From the IMG/VR virus record IMGVR_UViG_3300028284_000001: a DNA stretch of 64,000 nucleotides; one strand, 5' to 3'. A model generated the notes under the pieces. That model was not told the DNA's origin and made no database searches. It saw only the letters and a program-made list of their open reading frames with translations. Positions 1 to 8,057 of the stretch are shown in pieces (the first letter of the stretch is position 1; each line of letters begins with the position of its first letter). Both the position numbers and the translations under genes were made by a program. The DNA is from a virus.

Positions 1-938
1 TATGTAAATAGTGCTCCTTGAACTCTGCTCTTTTTTGTATTAGCACTAGTAATAGAACCTACTACTTTTACTTGACGTCCATTTGAGTTATCTTGGTTGT
101 CAATAACTACAATATCACCTGATGCAATTAAAGAACCTCTGTTTTTATTATCTGCATCTCCACCATCTATTGCATTTGAGACAGAGTTTGCTAGAGACAT
201 AGTCAATGCTCCTTCTTTAGACTCTTCTTCAGTTGCTGTTTCAGCGCCTCCTGTTGAGGTGCCACTTCCACCTGTATTACCTTGTCCACTGCTAGTTTCA
301 CTAGAACCAGAGCCATTGGATTGCCCTGAACTAGTCCCTGAACTACTATTCTCGTTATTTTTATTATCAGAGCCTCCAGATTCACTATTAGAGCTACCTG
401 ATTCGTTATTAGAACTTCCAGATTCACTACCAGAACTTGAAGATTCACTACTAGAACTTGAAGATTCACCATTAGAGCTAGAACTTTGTTCTCCTGATTT
501 CTTCTTTTTCTTCTTTTTCTTTTTCTTCTTTTTATTTGCATTATCAATAGCCTCTGCTACTGGAACTCCTGATGATGAAAGTGCTTGTGGTAACATATCT
601 CCGCCTAACACATTCATTATATTTGTAATTACTGTAATAGTATTTTGAACTATTATAGCATTTGTATTATTTGTAATAGCTTGGGTTACACCTTGACATG
701 GATTCGCAGAATTAGCCTGAGTAACTAAATTCATCCATGCATCAAAAGTACCATCTGTAAAATCTGGTTGTGTAAATGTCTGAACATTGCCAAAATAGTT
801 TAGGGCAATCTCATCACTTGAACCCATTTGAATTGTTTGTTGATTTAAAGTACATGGATCTGTAAACGTATAAGACCACTGGCCATAACTGACTAGTGGT
901 GCTAAGAATAACAGAATTGTTATTATTTTATTCTTCAA
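1..938 (-). CDS. Exported protein with a 12-Lys tract and Ser/Gly-rich linker; runs off the window end
   Basis: Absent from the ORF track because there is no stop in the window. Read by hand from TTG at 938: MKNKIITILLFLAPLVSYGQ (signal peptide) ...NANKKKKKKKKKKKKSGEQSSSSNGESSS...GSLIASGDIVVID. Overlaps the stop of the upstream CsgG-like gene. Confidence 0.8.
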   Translation of the reverse strand, partial: MKNKIITILLFLAPLVSYGQWSYTFTDPCTLNQQTIQMGSSDEIALNYFGNVQTFTQPDFTDGTFDAWMNLVTQANSANPCQGVTQAITNNTNAIIVQNTITVITNIMNVLGGDMLPQALSSSGVPVAEAIDNANKKKKKKKKKKKKSGEQSSSSNGESSSSSSESSSSGSESGSSNNESGSSNSESGGSDNKNNENSSSGTSSGQSNGSGSSETSSGQGNTGGSGTSTGGAETATEEESKEGALTMSLANSVSNAIDGGDADNKNRGSLIASGDIVVIDNQDNSNGRQVKVVGSITSANTKKSRVQGALFT

Positions 939-1632
939 ATATCCCACGCTTTATCATTCTTTTTACGATACGAGCAGTTCCAGATTCTAGGGCTTTCTTA
1001 GTTGCAATACCAATTGTTGATTGATTGAATTTGACAACATTGTCTTCACCAATCTTTGATCTTTTAATCGTGACTGCTTCACCACTTCCACTGCCTGTGA
1101 AAATAGTTCCAGTTTCAGCATTAACAAATCTTACTTGCATACCAATAATAGTTTTTAGTACAGTCTTTACTCCATCAATTGTCACTTCCTCTTCCTCAGA
1201 TACTGAATAGTCATATATTTCTACATATACAAAATACTCTGCTAAGACAACATTGCCTACAACTTTAATATCATTTGCCGATATACCCTTTGCAGCTGCT
1301 TTATGTTGTTTAACCATTCTCTGTTTGATTTCTTCTTTATCTTCTGTAAATAGAAATCTATCTGTCCATTCTAAATAAGACAGAGTAATATTACTAACAC
1401 CTAAACCAACTCTATTCTCTCTCAACTCTGGATAGAATTCATATAGTTCTGGTGTAAAGCCTATATTTAATACTTGAATAGGCAATTGATAATCTAACAT
1501 ATAGTCAGATACCTCATCGATGTCTGCTTTTTGTTCAAAACTAGCTTTATAGTCTTCAGTCTCAGTTTTACCTATTTGAGCATTAACTGTAAATGTAGCT
1601 AACAAAAAGATCAGTGTAAATAATCTTACCAT
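928..1632 (-). CDS. CsgG/HfaB-family exported protein
   Basis: Signal peptide ending VNAQ; VGLGVSNIT..L..TDRF, AEYFVYVEIYDY and IGMQVRFVNAETGTIFTGSGSGEA resemble the CsgG fold. Confidence 0.65.
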   Translation of the reverse strand: MVRLFTLIFLLATFTVNAQIGKTETEDYKASFEQKADIDEVSDYMLDYQLPIQVLNIGFTPELYEFYPELRENRVGLGVSNITLSYLEWTDRFLFTEDKEEIKQRMVKQHKAAAKGISANDIKVVGNVVLAEYFVYVEIYDYSVSEEEEVTIDGVKTVLKTIIGMQVRFVNAETGTIFTGSGSGEAVTIKRSKIGEDNVVKFNQSTIGIATKKALESGTARIVKRMIKRGIFEE

Positions 1633-1895
1633 GTTATTTCGTCTTCTTTCTTTTCTACCTCTTTAATAATCACTTTTGGATTCTCCTTCTTTTCCACTAT
1701 ATTATTAATAATAATTTGTGGTTGAGCCGGAATGCTATCTTGTACTACAATTGGAGCAGGTTCAGGTTTTGGTTTAAACCACCCTTCCATGTTAGTAATA
1801 AAGATACCAAACCCAGCGGCGATGACTAAGCCAACGCCGGCAATGATTTGATTTTTAATTTCAGAAAAGAATTTGTTTTCTTTTTTATCTGACAT
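1626..1895 (-). CDS. Small single-pass membrane protein
   Basis: One hydrophobic helix (IIAGVGLVIAAGFGIFI) followed by a Pro-rich linker; overlaps the next gene. Confidence 0.75.
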   Translation of the reverse strand: MSDKKENKFFSEIKNQIIAGVGLVIAAGFGIFITNMEGWFKPKPEPAPIVVQDSIPAQPQIIINNIVEKKENPKVIIKEVEKKEDEITW

Positions 1896-1905
1896 TCTTA
1901 TTAAG

Positions 1906-2643
1906 TTATTTTTTTATGGTCTTAAATGTTTTAACAAATTGGCCATTGGTAATATGTAATAAATAAACACCTTGTGGTAATGAGGATAAATCCATTTGAA
2001 ATTGTACCCATCCTGCAAAGAATCTTTTACTTTCTTTTAAAAATTCTGAACCACCATAGTTTAATACACTGACAATATAATCGCCATTGTCTGGTACTGT
2101 CAGGTCAAATGTAATTGGACCTTTTGTTGGAACTGGATAAACAATTCCATAAATACCATCAGTTGGCTTAGTATCAAATGGCATTGATCGTTTATTCACG
2201 TAACCATCTGTGTTTTCAACATCAATGTCCCATCCTAATTCTGTGCCAGCTGTTTTTCTACCAATCGTAATTGGAATTGTGTCCCAATCTTGATTAGTAA
2301 CCCTAAATCTTACCGTAAATAATTCTGTTGTATTACTTATAGTAAAATTACCGAAGGTGACGTCATAACCGCCCCATCTAACAGTTTCACCTTCCCAGAC
2401 CATAGTATATGTTAACCACTCTTGAGCTTTAGGTGTCACAGTAATCGATACAAACTCTAAATAGTCTGGATCATAGTTCAATGCAAATTCTAAACTACCA
2501 ACATTTTCGCCTGAAGTTTCAATTTCTACAGGCAGATTAATAAACTCACTTACAGGCACATCAATCTCAGGTACGTTAAATACGACCTGAGATTGTGCAC
2601 ATGTGGTGAACAATATTAATATTATTAGTAGTATATTCCTCAT
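1906..2643 (-). CDS. Cohesin-domain protein with T9SS type A C-terminal sorting domain
   Basis: Signal peptide; cohesin-like LPVEI..GENVGSLEFALNYDPDYLEF; CTD motifs VYPVPTKG, MDLSSLPQGVYLLHI, TFKTIKK. Confidence 0.8.
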   Translation of the reverse strand: MRNILLIILILFTTCAQSQVVFNVPEIDVPVSEFINLPVEIETSGENVGSLEFALNYDPDYLEFVSITVTPKAQEWLTYTMVWEGETVRWGGYDVTFGNFTISNTTELFTVRFRVTNQDWDTIPITIGRKTAGTELGWDIDVENTDGYVNKRSMPFDTKPTDGIYGIVYPVPTKGPITFDLTVPDNGDYIVSVLNYGGSEFLKESKRFFAGWVQFQMDLSSLPQGVYLLHITNGQFVKTFKTIKK

Positions 2644-2644
2644 A

Positions 2645-3739
2645 TTAGTTTAAACCTGTACCGTTGGCATCACCTAAGATTAATAGGTAGAAGTTACCGG
2701 TAGTAGTTCCATTAATTTGTGGAGATAAAAATACTGATAGTCCTGGAATTGAACTTGATTGATCTGAACTTGAAGCATTAATAGTATTATATTGTGCTTC
2801 AGTAAAGAATAATACATCTGGATTAGAAGCGTAACTTGAGTTACCTTGTGCTAATCTAGAGAATACTAAGTAAGAATCCGATGCTGTAATTCCAGTAGCT
2901 TGATTTGTATTTGCAGTATAGAACTGAATACCAGATGCTGATTGTACTCCCGCAACAATTTGTGCGATCATATTAGCATCTGCAGTTGATAGTGCTGAAC
3001 TTGCATCTAGTCCACTTGCAATCTTAAGTCTAATTTGCCAGTAAGATTGGTCTAAGCTTTCTGAGAATGTTGCCGTTCCGTCTGCTGCCGTTGTTACTGT
3101 AGTTACATCTGTCCAAGTATTTCCATCTGATGATTTCTGTAAAATCACAGGAATAGATTCAGCTGGATTTGTTCCACTATTTAAGATAGTTGCTACATAA
3201 TCAAATGCTGGTTCTATAAAGTTACCGCCATTATCTTGTGTACCTAGAGCTCCATCTGTTCCATCAGCTTTTACATAATAAGCAGTAAGATCAGCAGTAA
3301 AATCTACGCCAGCGACTGCTCCGTTTGTGTAACCTGATAGAAAAGGTGCGTTTACTGTAAACATATTACCAGCAATCATATCGAAAGTGGTAGATGCTCC
3401 AGTATAAACCCATACTACTTTTACAATTCCGTTCGTTGAATCAACATCATACGACAAATATCCAACAGGGCCGGATGTATTGTTATACGTTAATGTTGGT
3501 TCATCAAATACTGTGTTATCATAATTAAACGAAAACTGAATACCTTTAACTGCATTACCAGACGTATTATCATAGTAAATATCAAACTCAGTGTTTGAGC
3601 TCGAACCAGTAGATTCTAAAGTGTACGTTGAATCAAAAATAACATAGGGCTTTGTTGCATCAGGCGCAGTCGTCTGCCCGAAGACAGTCATTGTACTGAT
3701 AGCTAAAGCCAGTGTTAGAAGAATGTTTTTTAATTTCAT
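2645..3739 (-). CDS. Exported cohesin + CnaB-like + dockerin-like protein
   Basis: Signal peptide; VKGIQFSFNYDNTVF cohesin motif; duplicated LSTADANMI / ANTNQATGITASDSYLV helices and terminal LGDANGT, as in Bacteroidota dockerin modules. Confidence 0.7.
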   Translation of the reverse strand: MKLKNILLTLALAISTMTVFGQTTAPDATKPYVIFDSTYTLESTGSSSNTEFDIYYDNTSGNAVKGIQFSFNYDNTVFDEPTLTYNNTSGPVGYLSYDVDSTNGIVKVVWVYTGASTTFDMIAGNMFTVNAPFLSGYTNGAVAGVDFTADLTAYYVKADGTDGALGTQDNGGNFIEPAFDYVATILNSGTNPAESIPVILQKSSDGNTWTDVTTVTTAADGTATFSESLDQSYWQIRLKIASGLDASSALSTADANMIAQIVAGVQSASGIQFYTANTNQATGITASDSYLVFSRLAQGNSSYASNPDVLFFTEAQYNTINASSSDQSSSIPGLSVFLSPQINGTTTGNFYLLILGDANGTGLN

Positions 3740-3756
3740 TTGTTTTTAATTTATTT

Positions 3757-4953
3757 TTAGTTTTTGTGACCCGCTCTTATTACATAGAAAGTTGTTTGAT
3801 TTCCATTGGCTAAATCAAAGAGGGACCATGCTCCGTAACCGGAGAGTTGTGATTTGTCGTCTGAATCCGCAGCAACTGCCGGCCAAATGGTCGGGTCTTG
3901 CCAGGAATTTGTGTTCCATATTTCTTGTCCTCCACCAGGGTAACTGGAAATGTTACCTTGTCTCTTCTGGTGCATTAGATAAATGTCAGAGGCAGAAAAT
4001 GAACCTGTATTATTTACATCAAGTCTCCAGTAATCTTTAGAACTAACTGTATCTGATAGTAATCTATCTTGAAACCAGTTAATATCTGAAGTTGTAAGTG
4101 TTCCTATTGTCGGAGCGATGTCTATTGTAAAATCGTAATCGTTGTAATTTAACGTAGTATTAAATGAATAATTGCCGTTTGAATCTGTTGTCGTAGTGGC
4201 TTGAGTTGTGTATGAGAATCCAACTTGGTTTTTATTCTGTGTCTTTAGATAAACAGTTTGTCCTACAATACCTTGTTCTTCTGCTCCTTTAATATAACCA
4301 CTCGCCGTGATAGGTACTGCGTTAGGATCTGTAGAAGTCCATTCTGCAAATGGATGATTAGGACTAAGTTGATTGTATGTATTACTACTTGGTATTTTAT
4401 ATTGAAAATTTGCAGCACCTACACCACCAAAATTCTGTATTCTATATTCAAACTCATACCATGTATTTTTATCTAGGGTTGCCGTACCATAAGCCCATGT
4501 ATTCCAACCATAATATTTAGTAACTATATCATTAGTTTTACCAATACCTTTAATCATAAACTCATGTGAGTCATCGGTGAATGTTCTGAACCCGTATGTA
4601 CCTGATTTGTTAGGTTTAAACCAACCTGTATAGATAATTGCATATCTGTCAGAACCGGCCCCACCCCATCTTGGTGGATTCCATAGTTGTTGAGGAGTAT
4701 GATTACCACCTCTTGGTCCTTCGTAACTTGTTATATCTACAGTTGTATCTAAATGAAGTGTAGTACCGGCATCAGCAAGATTAACCATTGCATCAAATTC
4801 TGTATGGTTGTTAGCATTTTGTGAATAGTTCTGACCTGATTGGCTTCCACCATAGTGAGTTTTAAGTGACCTTAAGTTTACTGTAGTAGTTTGCGCATGG
4901 ACGATAGGTGTCGCCAGGATAAAACATAAGATGAATAATTTGAAGTATCTCAT
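3757..4953 (-). CDS. Exported PA14/GLEYA lectin + CnaB-like + dockerin-like protein
   Basis: Signal peptide; YAIIYTGWFKPNKSGTYGFRTFTDDS (PA14 with DD motif); TTTDSNGNYSF; EF-hand loop DVNNTGSFSASD. Confidence 0.75.
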   Translation of the reverse strand: MRYFKLFILCFILATPIVHAQTTTVNLRSLKTHYGGSQSGQNYSQNANNHTEFDAMVNLADAGTTLHLDTTVDITSYEGPRGGNHTPQQLWNPPRWGGAGSDRYAIIYTGWFKPNKSGTYGFRTFTDDSHEFMIKGIGKTNDIVTKYYGWNTWAYGTATLDKNTWYEFEYRIQNFGGVGAANFQYKIPSSNTYNQLSPNHPFAEWTSTDPNAVPITASGYIKGAEEQGIVGQTVYLKTQNKNQVGFSYTTQATTTTDSNGNYSFNTTLNYNDYDFTIDIAPTIGTLTTSDINWFQDRLLSDTVSSKDYWRLDVNNTGSFSASDIYLMHQKRQGNISSYPGGGQEIWNTNSWQDPTIWPAVAADSDDKSQLSGYGAWSLFDLANGNQTTFYVIRAGHKN

Positions 4954-5025
4954 ATACTACATCAAGTCAGGCACAATACATTTAGGGATTAGAGGCTAGA
5001 CTAACATATTTTTTTTATTATTATA

Positions 5026-5055
5026 TTATATATCTGTAATGTCGAAGATATATAA
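5026..5055. promoter_or_regulatory. Back-to-back divergent late-promoter motifs (GATATATAA on each strand)
   Basis: ttatatatc at 5026-5034 and gatatataa at 5047-5055; the same motif precedes structural genes. Confidence 0.7.
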
Positions 5056-5122
5056 CATTAGGCCAGTCACAACGGTGATATTTAACTTCTCGGTCTAGAA
5101 CCTCAAACACTTTATTTTAAAC

Positions 5123-6796
5123 ATGATGAAACGTATATTCATCGCAATGCTCGTATTTCACGGGTTTTTGGCCACTGGCCAGTGCGATCTTGCTATTACC
5201 GACTTTAATTTTACCACTGGAGATCTAGTGGTAGAAGTTATTAACTCAGAAAACTGTGGTTGTAATGATTTTACAAACATAGAAACCACTTGCGAAGCAT
5301 CTGCAAGTGGAGCCGTACAAAATAATGAGACTATTAGTCATATTGTTTTAGGATTACACTTAGATGATTTTGATTATCAATGGACTGATTGTGTCAGTGG
5401 TAATAATCATCCTGGCTGGACTTTTAAAAACAAATCTTTTTTTGGTAATTCTGTTTTAGAAACAGGTGATATATGGAATACTAACATCTATGATTTTTGG
5501 GCACCTAACAATGAATGCTGGGCAGAAATATTAGCAAATGATGCAGAATGCATTGAGTTAGCTATTTGGCAGATTAACTTATCTCAAACTGCAACTACAG
5601 ATATGGGCGGTTGGGCTGTTAATCCTAATGTGGCTAATCAAACACAAAATTATCCAGATACTGATATTTCTAATAATAGCATAGTTTTATGTCCAATCAT
5701 ATTAGTATTTCCAGGTTGCACAGATCCATTTGCTCTAAACTATAATGATGAAGCAACTGAAGATGATGGCACTTGTGTGTACTCTATAGGACCAGATCCT
5801 ATTATTATAGACATAGTAGTTAACAATGAAGAGTGTGAGGTATTTGAAGCTGGAATTTTATCTACGTTTAATTATTCTGCAACCATTGTAAATATTGGCA
5901 CAGAAGCTGTTACTAATTTTTGCCTTAACGATTTCTTAGGTATAACATTTAATTGTTTTAATGGAGTTTCTAATCTAGCAGTTTGGATTCAACCTGGAGA
6001 TACAATTACTGTATATGGATCTATTAATGTTGATGGTACTTGGACTGCAGGGCAAGGTAATTATATGACTATCACCAGTGTACCTGGTGAAATCATTACC
6101 GCTAATAACAATTTTGTTTTTAATATGCCAAATGGCGTAGATTGTGAAGAGGTGATTGATCCTGAACCATGTGATACGGTTTATGTAGATAATTTTATTA
6201 TTGATACTCTTTACATAGAAACGATCGATACTGTTTATGTAGATAATTTTATTACTGATACACTTTATATAGAAACTATCGATACTCTTTATGTTGATGT
6301 TGAGGTTTATATTACTGACACATTATACATCACAGAAATTGAATATGTAACTGATACTCTTTTTATTACAACTATCGATACAGTTGAAGTTATCATATAT
6401 GAGTTTTTAACTGATACCATTTATGAGTATATTACTATTGACTGTGAAACTGGCCTAGAGTGTATTGATGATCCTGGTTTAGTTTGCCCTGATTGGTCTT
6501 CAGTCTATATTCCAAATACATTTACTCCAAATAACGATGGCATTAATGATGTTTGGAAAATGGTTTATGATTTAGATTGTTGGGTTGATGTGGAATTTAA
6601 GATCTTTAATAGATGGGGTAATGAAATATACCACAGTTATGGAGATTACTTTGATTCATATCCTTATTGGGATGGTAGTATAAATGGTGGCAACAATTAT
6701 GCAATAGATGGCGTTTACACTTATACATTCTATGCTAAAAAATTAAACTCAGTCGAAGTCTTTCAAAGACATGGACATATAACAATATTTAGATAA
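5123..6796 (+). CDS. Secreted protein with gliding-motility-associated (T9SS type B) C-terminal domain
   Basis: Signal peptide; GCTDPFALNYNDEATEDDGTC motif; DT(L/V)Y repeats; C-terminus YIPNTFTPNNDGINDVW..IFNRWG..WDG..GVYTY..GHITIFR. Confidence 0.85.
   Translation: MMKRIFIAMLVFHGFLATGQCDLAITDFNFTTGDLVVEVINSENCGCNDFTNIETTCEASASGAVQNNETISHIVLGLHLDDFDYQWTDCVSGNNHPGWTFKNKSFFGNSVLETGDIWNTNIYDFWAPNNECWAEILANDAECIELAIWQINLSQTATTDMGGWAVNPNVANQTQNYPDTDISNNSIVLCPIILVFPGCTDPFALNYNDEATEDDGTCVYSIGPDPIIIDIVVNNEECEVFEAGILSTFNYSATIVNIGTEAVTNFCLNDFLGITFNCFNGVSNLAVWIQPGDTITVYGSINVDGTWTAGQGNYMTITSVPGEIITANNNFVFNMPNGVDCEEVIDPEPCDTVYVDNFIIDTLYIETIDTVYVDNFITDTLYIETIDTLYVDVEVYITDTLYITEIEYVTDTLFITTIDTVEVIIYEFLTDTIYEYITIDCETGLECIDDPGLVCPDWSSVYIPNTFTPNNDGINDVWKMVYDLDCWVDVEFKIFNRWGNEIYHSYGDYFDSYPYWDGSINGGNNYAIDGVYTYTFYAKKLNSVEVFQRHGHITIFR
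6174..6299 (+). repeat. Tandem 54-bp coding repeat (DTVYVDNFIxDTLYIETI), about 2.3 copies
   Basis: gatacggtttatgtagataattttattattgatactctttacatagaaacgatc followed by a near-identical copy. Confidence 0.8.
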
Positions 6797-6797
6797 C

Positions 6798-7157
6798 ATG
6801 AAAAACTTAATTATTTCCCTACTATTTTTACTACCATTTTGCACGTCAGCACAATGTAATCAACATGTCTTTTCTTCGGTCGGTGCTGAAAAATGGACCA
6901 ACTTCCAATATCAAGATTGTGATGGATGGAATCATTATTTTGGTCTTCCCGCTGGAGGATATACCATAATTTTTTGTGCAGATATAGGCACTGCTTTCGT
7001 TTTAAATGGAGATGGATTTGTATTTCCGTTAGCAAACGAACATCCTAATTACGCATCATGCATCCAGCCTGAATGTGAAGGTGATTTTGATGGAGATGGA
7101 ATCGTAGGAGCAGAAGATCTGCTTACCTTTTTATCAAATTATGGGGAATGCGATTAA
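6798..7157 (+). CDS. Small exported protein with C-terminal EF-hand/dockerin-like motif
   Basis: Signal peptide; CEGDFDGDGIVGAEDLLTFLSNYG. Confidence 0.7.
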   Translation: MKNLIISLLFLLPFCTSAQCNQHVFSSVGAEKWTNFQYQDCDGWNHYFGLPAGGYTIIFCADIGTAFVLNGDGFVFPLANEHPNYASCIQPECEGDFDGDGIVGAEDLLTFLSNYGECD

Positions 7158-7209
7158 ACTTACGCCTCATATTATGGATCTTATATACTATCTTTATAGC
7201 TAATAATAT

Positions 7210-7905
7210 TTAATTAACTATTCTCATATATTCGTCAAAGAGATCTTCTTTAACTAGATGTTCTTTAAATATAATTAAATGATCTTTAAGTGTTGCTAGT
7301 TTAGGATATGCTTCGGCTTCAACCGTAAGTCTCTTCTTCCACTTCTTATCTAAAAAGTAAATATATCTAAATTGACCTCCTCTTACTCTATATAATGGAG
7401 TACCATAGATGCCTTCTAATGCAGTCCTCTTCGTGGTCTTGTGTTTATTAATCATACTGACTTGAGTCATCCTAGTGCCTTCTGGTGTAACCCATACGCC
7501 TCCATGTCGTGAATACCCTGTGTAGATCCAATTAGTAGCCTGGTATATTGTTCCAACTTTACCACTGGCTCCATCTGCAAATGACATTAACCATTTAATA
7601 TCTGGCCTATTGATTTTAAACCACTTAAAGATTCTACCAATAGCCTCTGATTCTGAATTCTTAGGAGCTGAATCTGCCATCCACATTCTATTAAATTCTA
7701 AGAAGTCTTTAGCAGTACTACCTTCTACCCATTTACAACTACCCTTGGGATTAATACCATATCCGAACTGTGCAATGCCTACCAGCATTTTATCTAAATA
7801 AATACCTAAACTAACTTGAGTGGCAAAACAAACAGTTCCACTATAATGGTTTGCTCTTATTATTTTATCTGCAATTGGCCTATGTATCTCTTCTACATGT
7901 ATCAT
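7210..7905 (-). CDS. mom: Mom-family DNA (adenine) modification protein
   Basis: HYSG, LEFNRMW, PKNSES, SFAD...GTIYQATNWIYTG motifs. Confidence 0.75.
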   Translation of the reverse strand: MIHVEEIHRPIADKIIRANHYSGTVCFATQVSLGIYLDKMLVGIAQFGYGINPKGSCKWVEGSTAKDFLEFNRMWMADSAPKNSESEAIGRIFKWFKINRPDIKWLMSFADGASGKVGTIYQATNWIYTGYSRHGGVWVTPEGTRMTQVSMINKHKTTKRTALEGIYGTPLYRVRGGQFRYIYFLDKKWKKRLTVEAEAYPKLATLKDHLIIFKEHLVKEDLFDEYMRIVN

Positions 7906-8057
7906 TTTAGTTAACGATTAATTAACGATTAATTAATGTCCAGGAGATAGATTTTTAGTTGTATTTTCTATAAATATTATATGAAAACTAAATTTGATAT
8001 CTCTACTATTTTATATGTTGCTATTATGGTAATTGTGTTTACATTAGCAACAGTAAA

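Noticed and set aside
97-648. 183-aa + strand ORF with poly-Phe, and 203..547 minus ORF
   Set aside because: Shadows of the true minus-strand gene (1..938), whose poly-Lys and Ser/Gly tract produce these open frames
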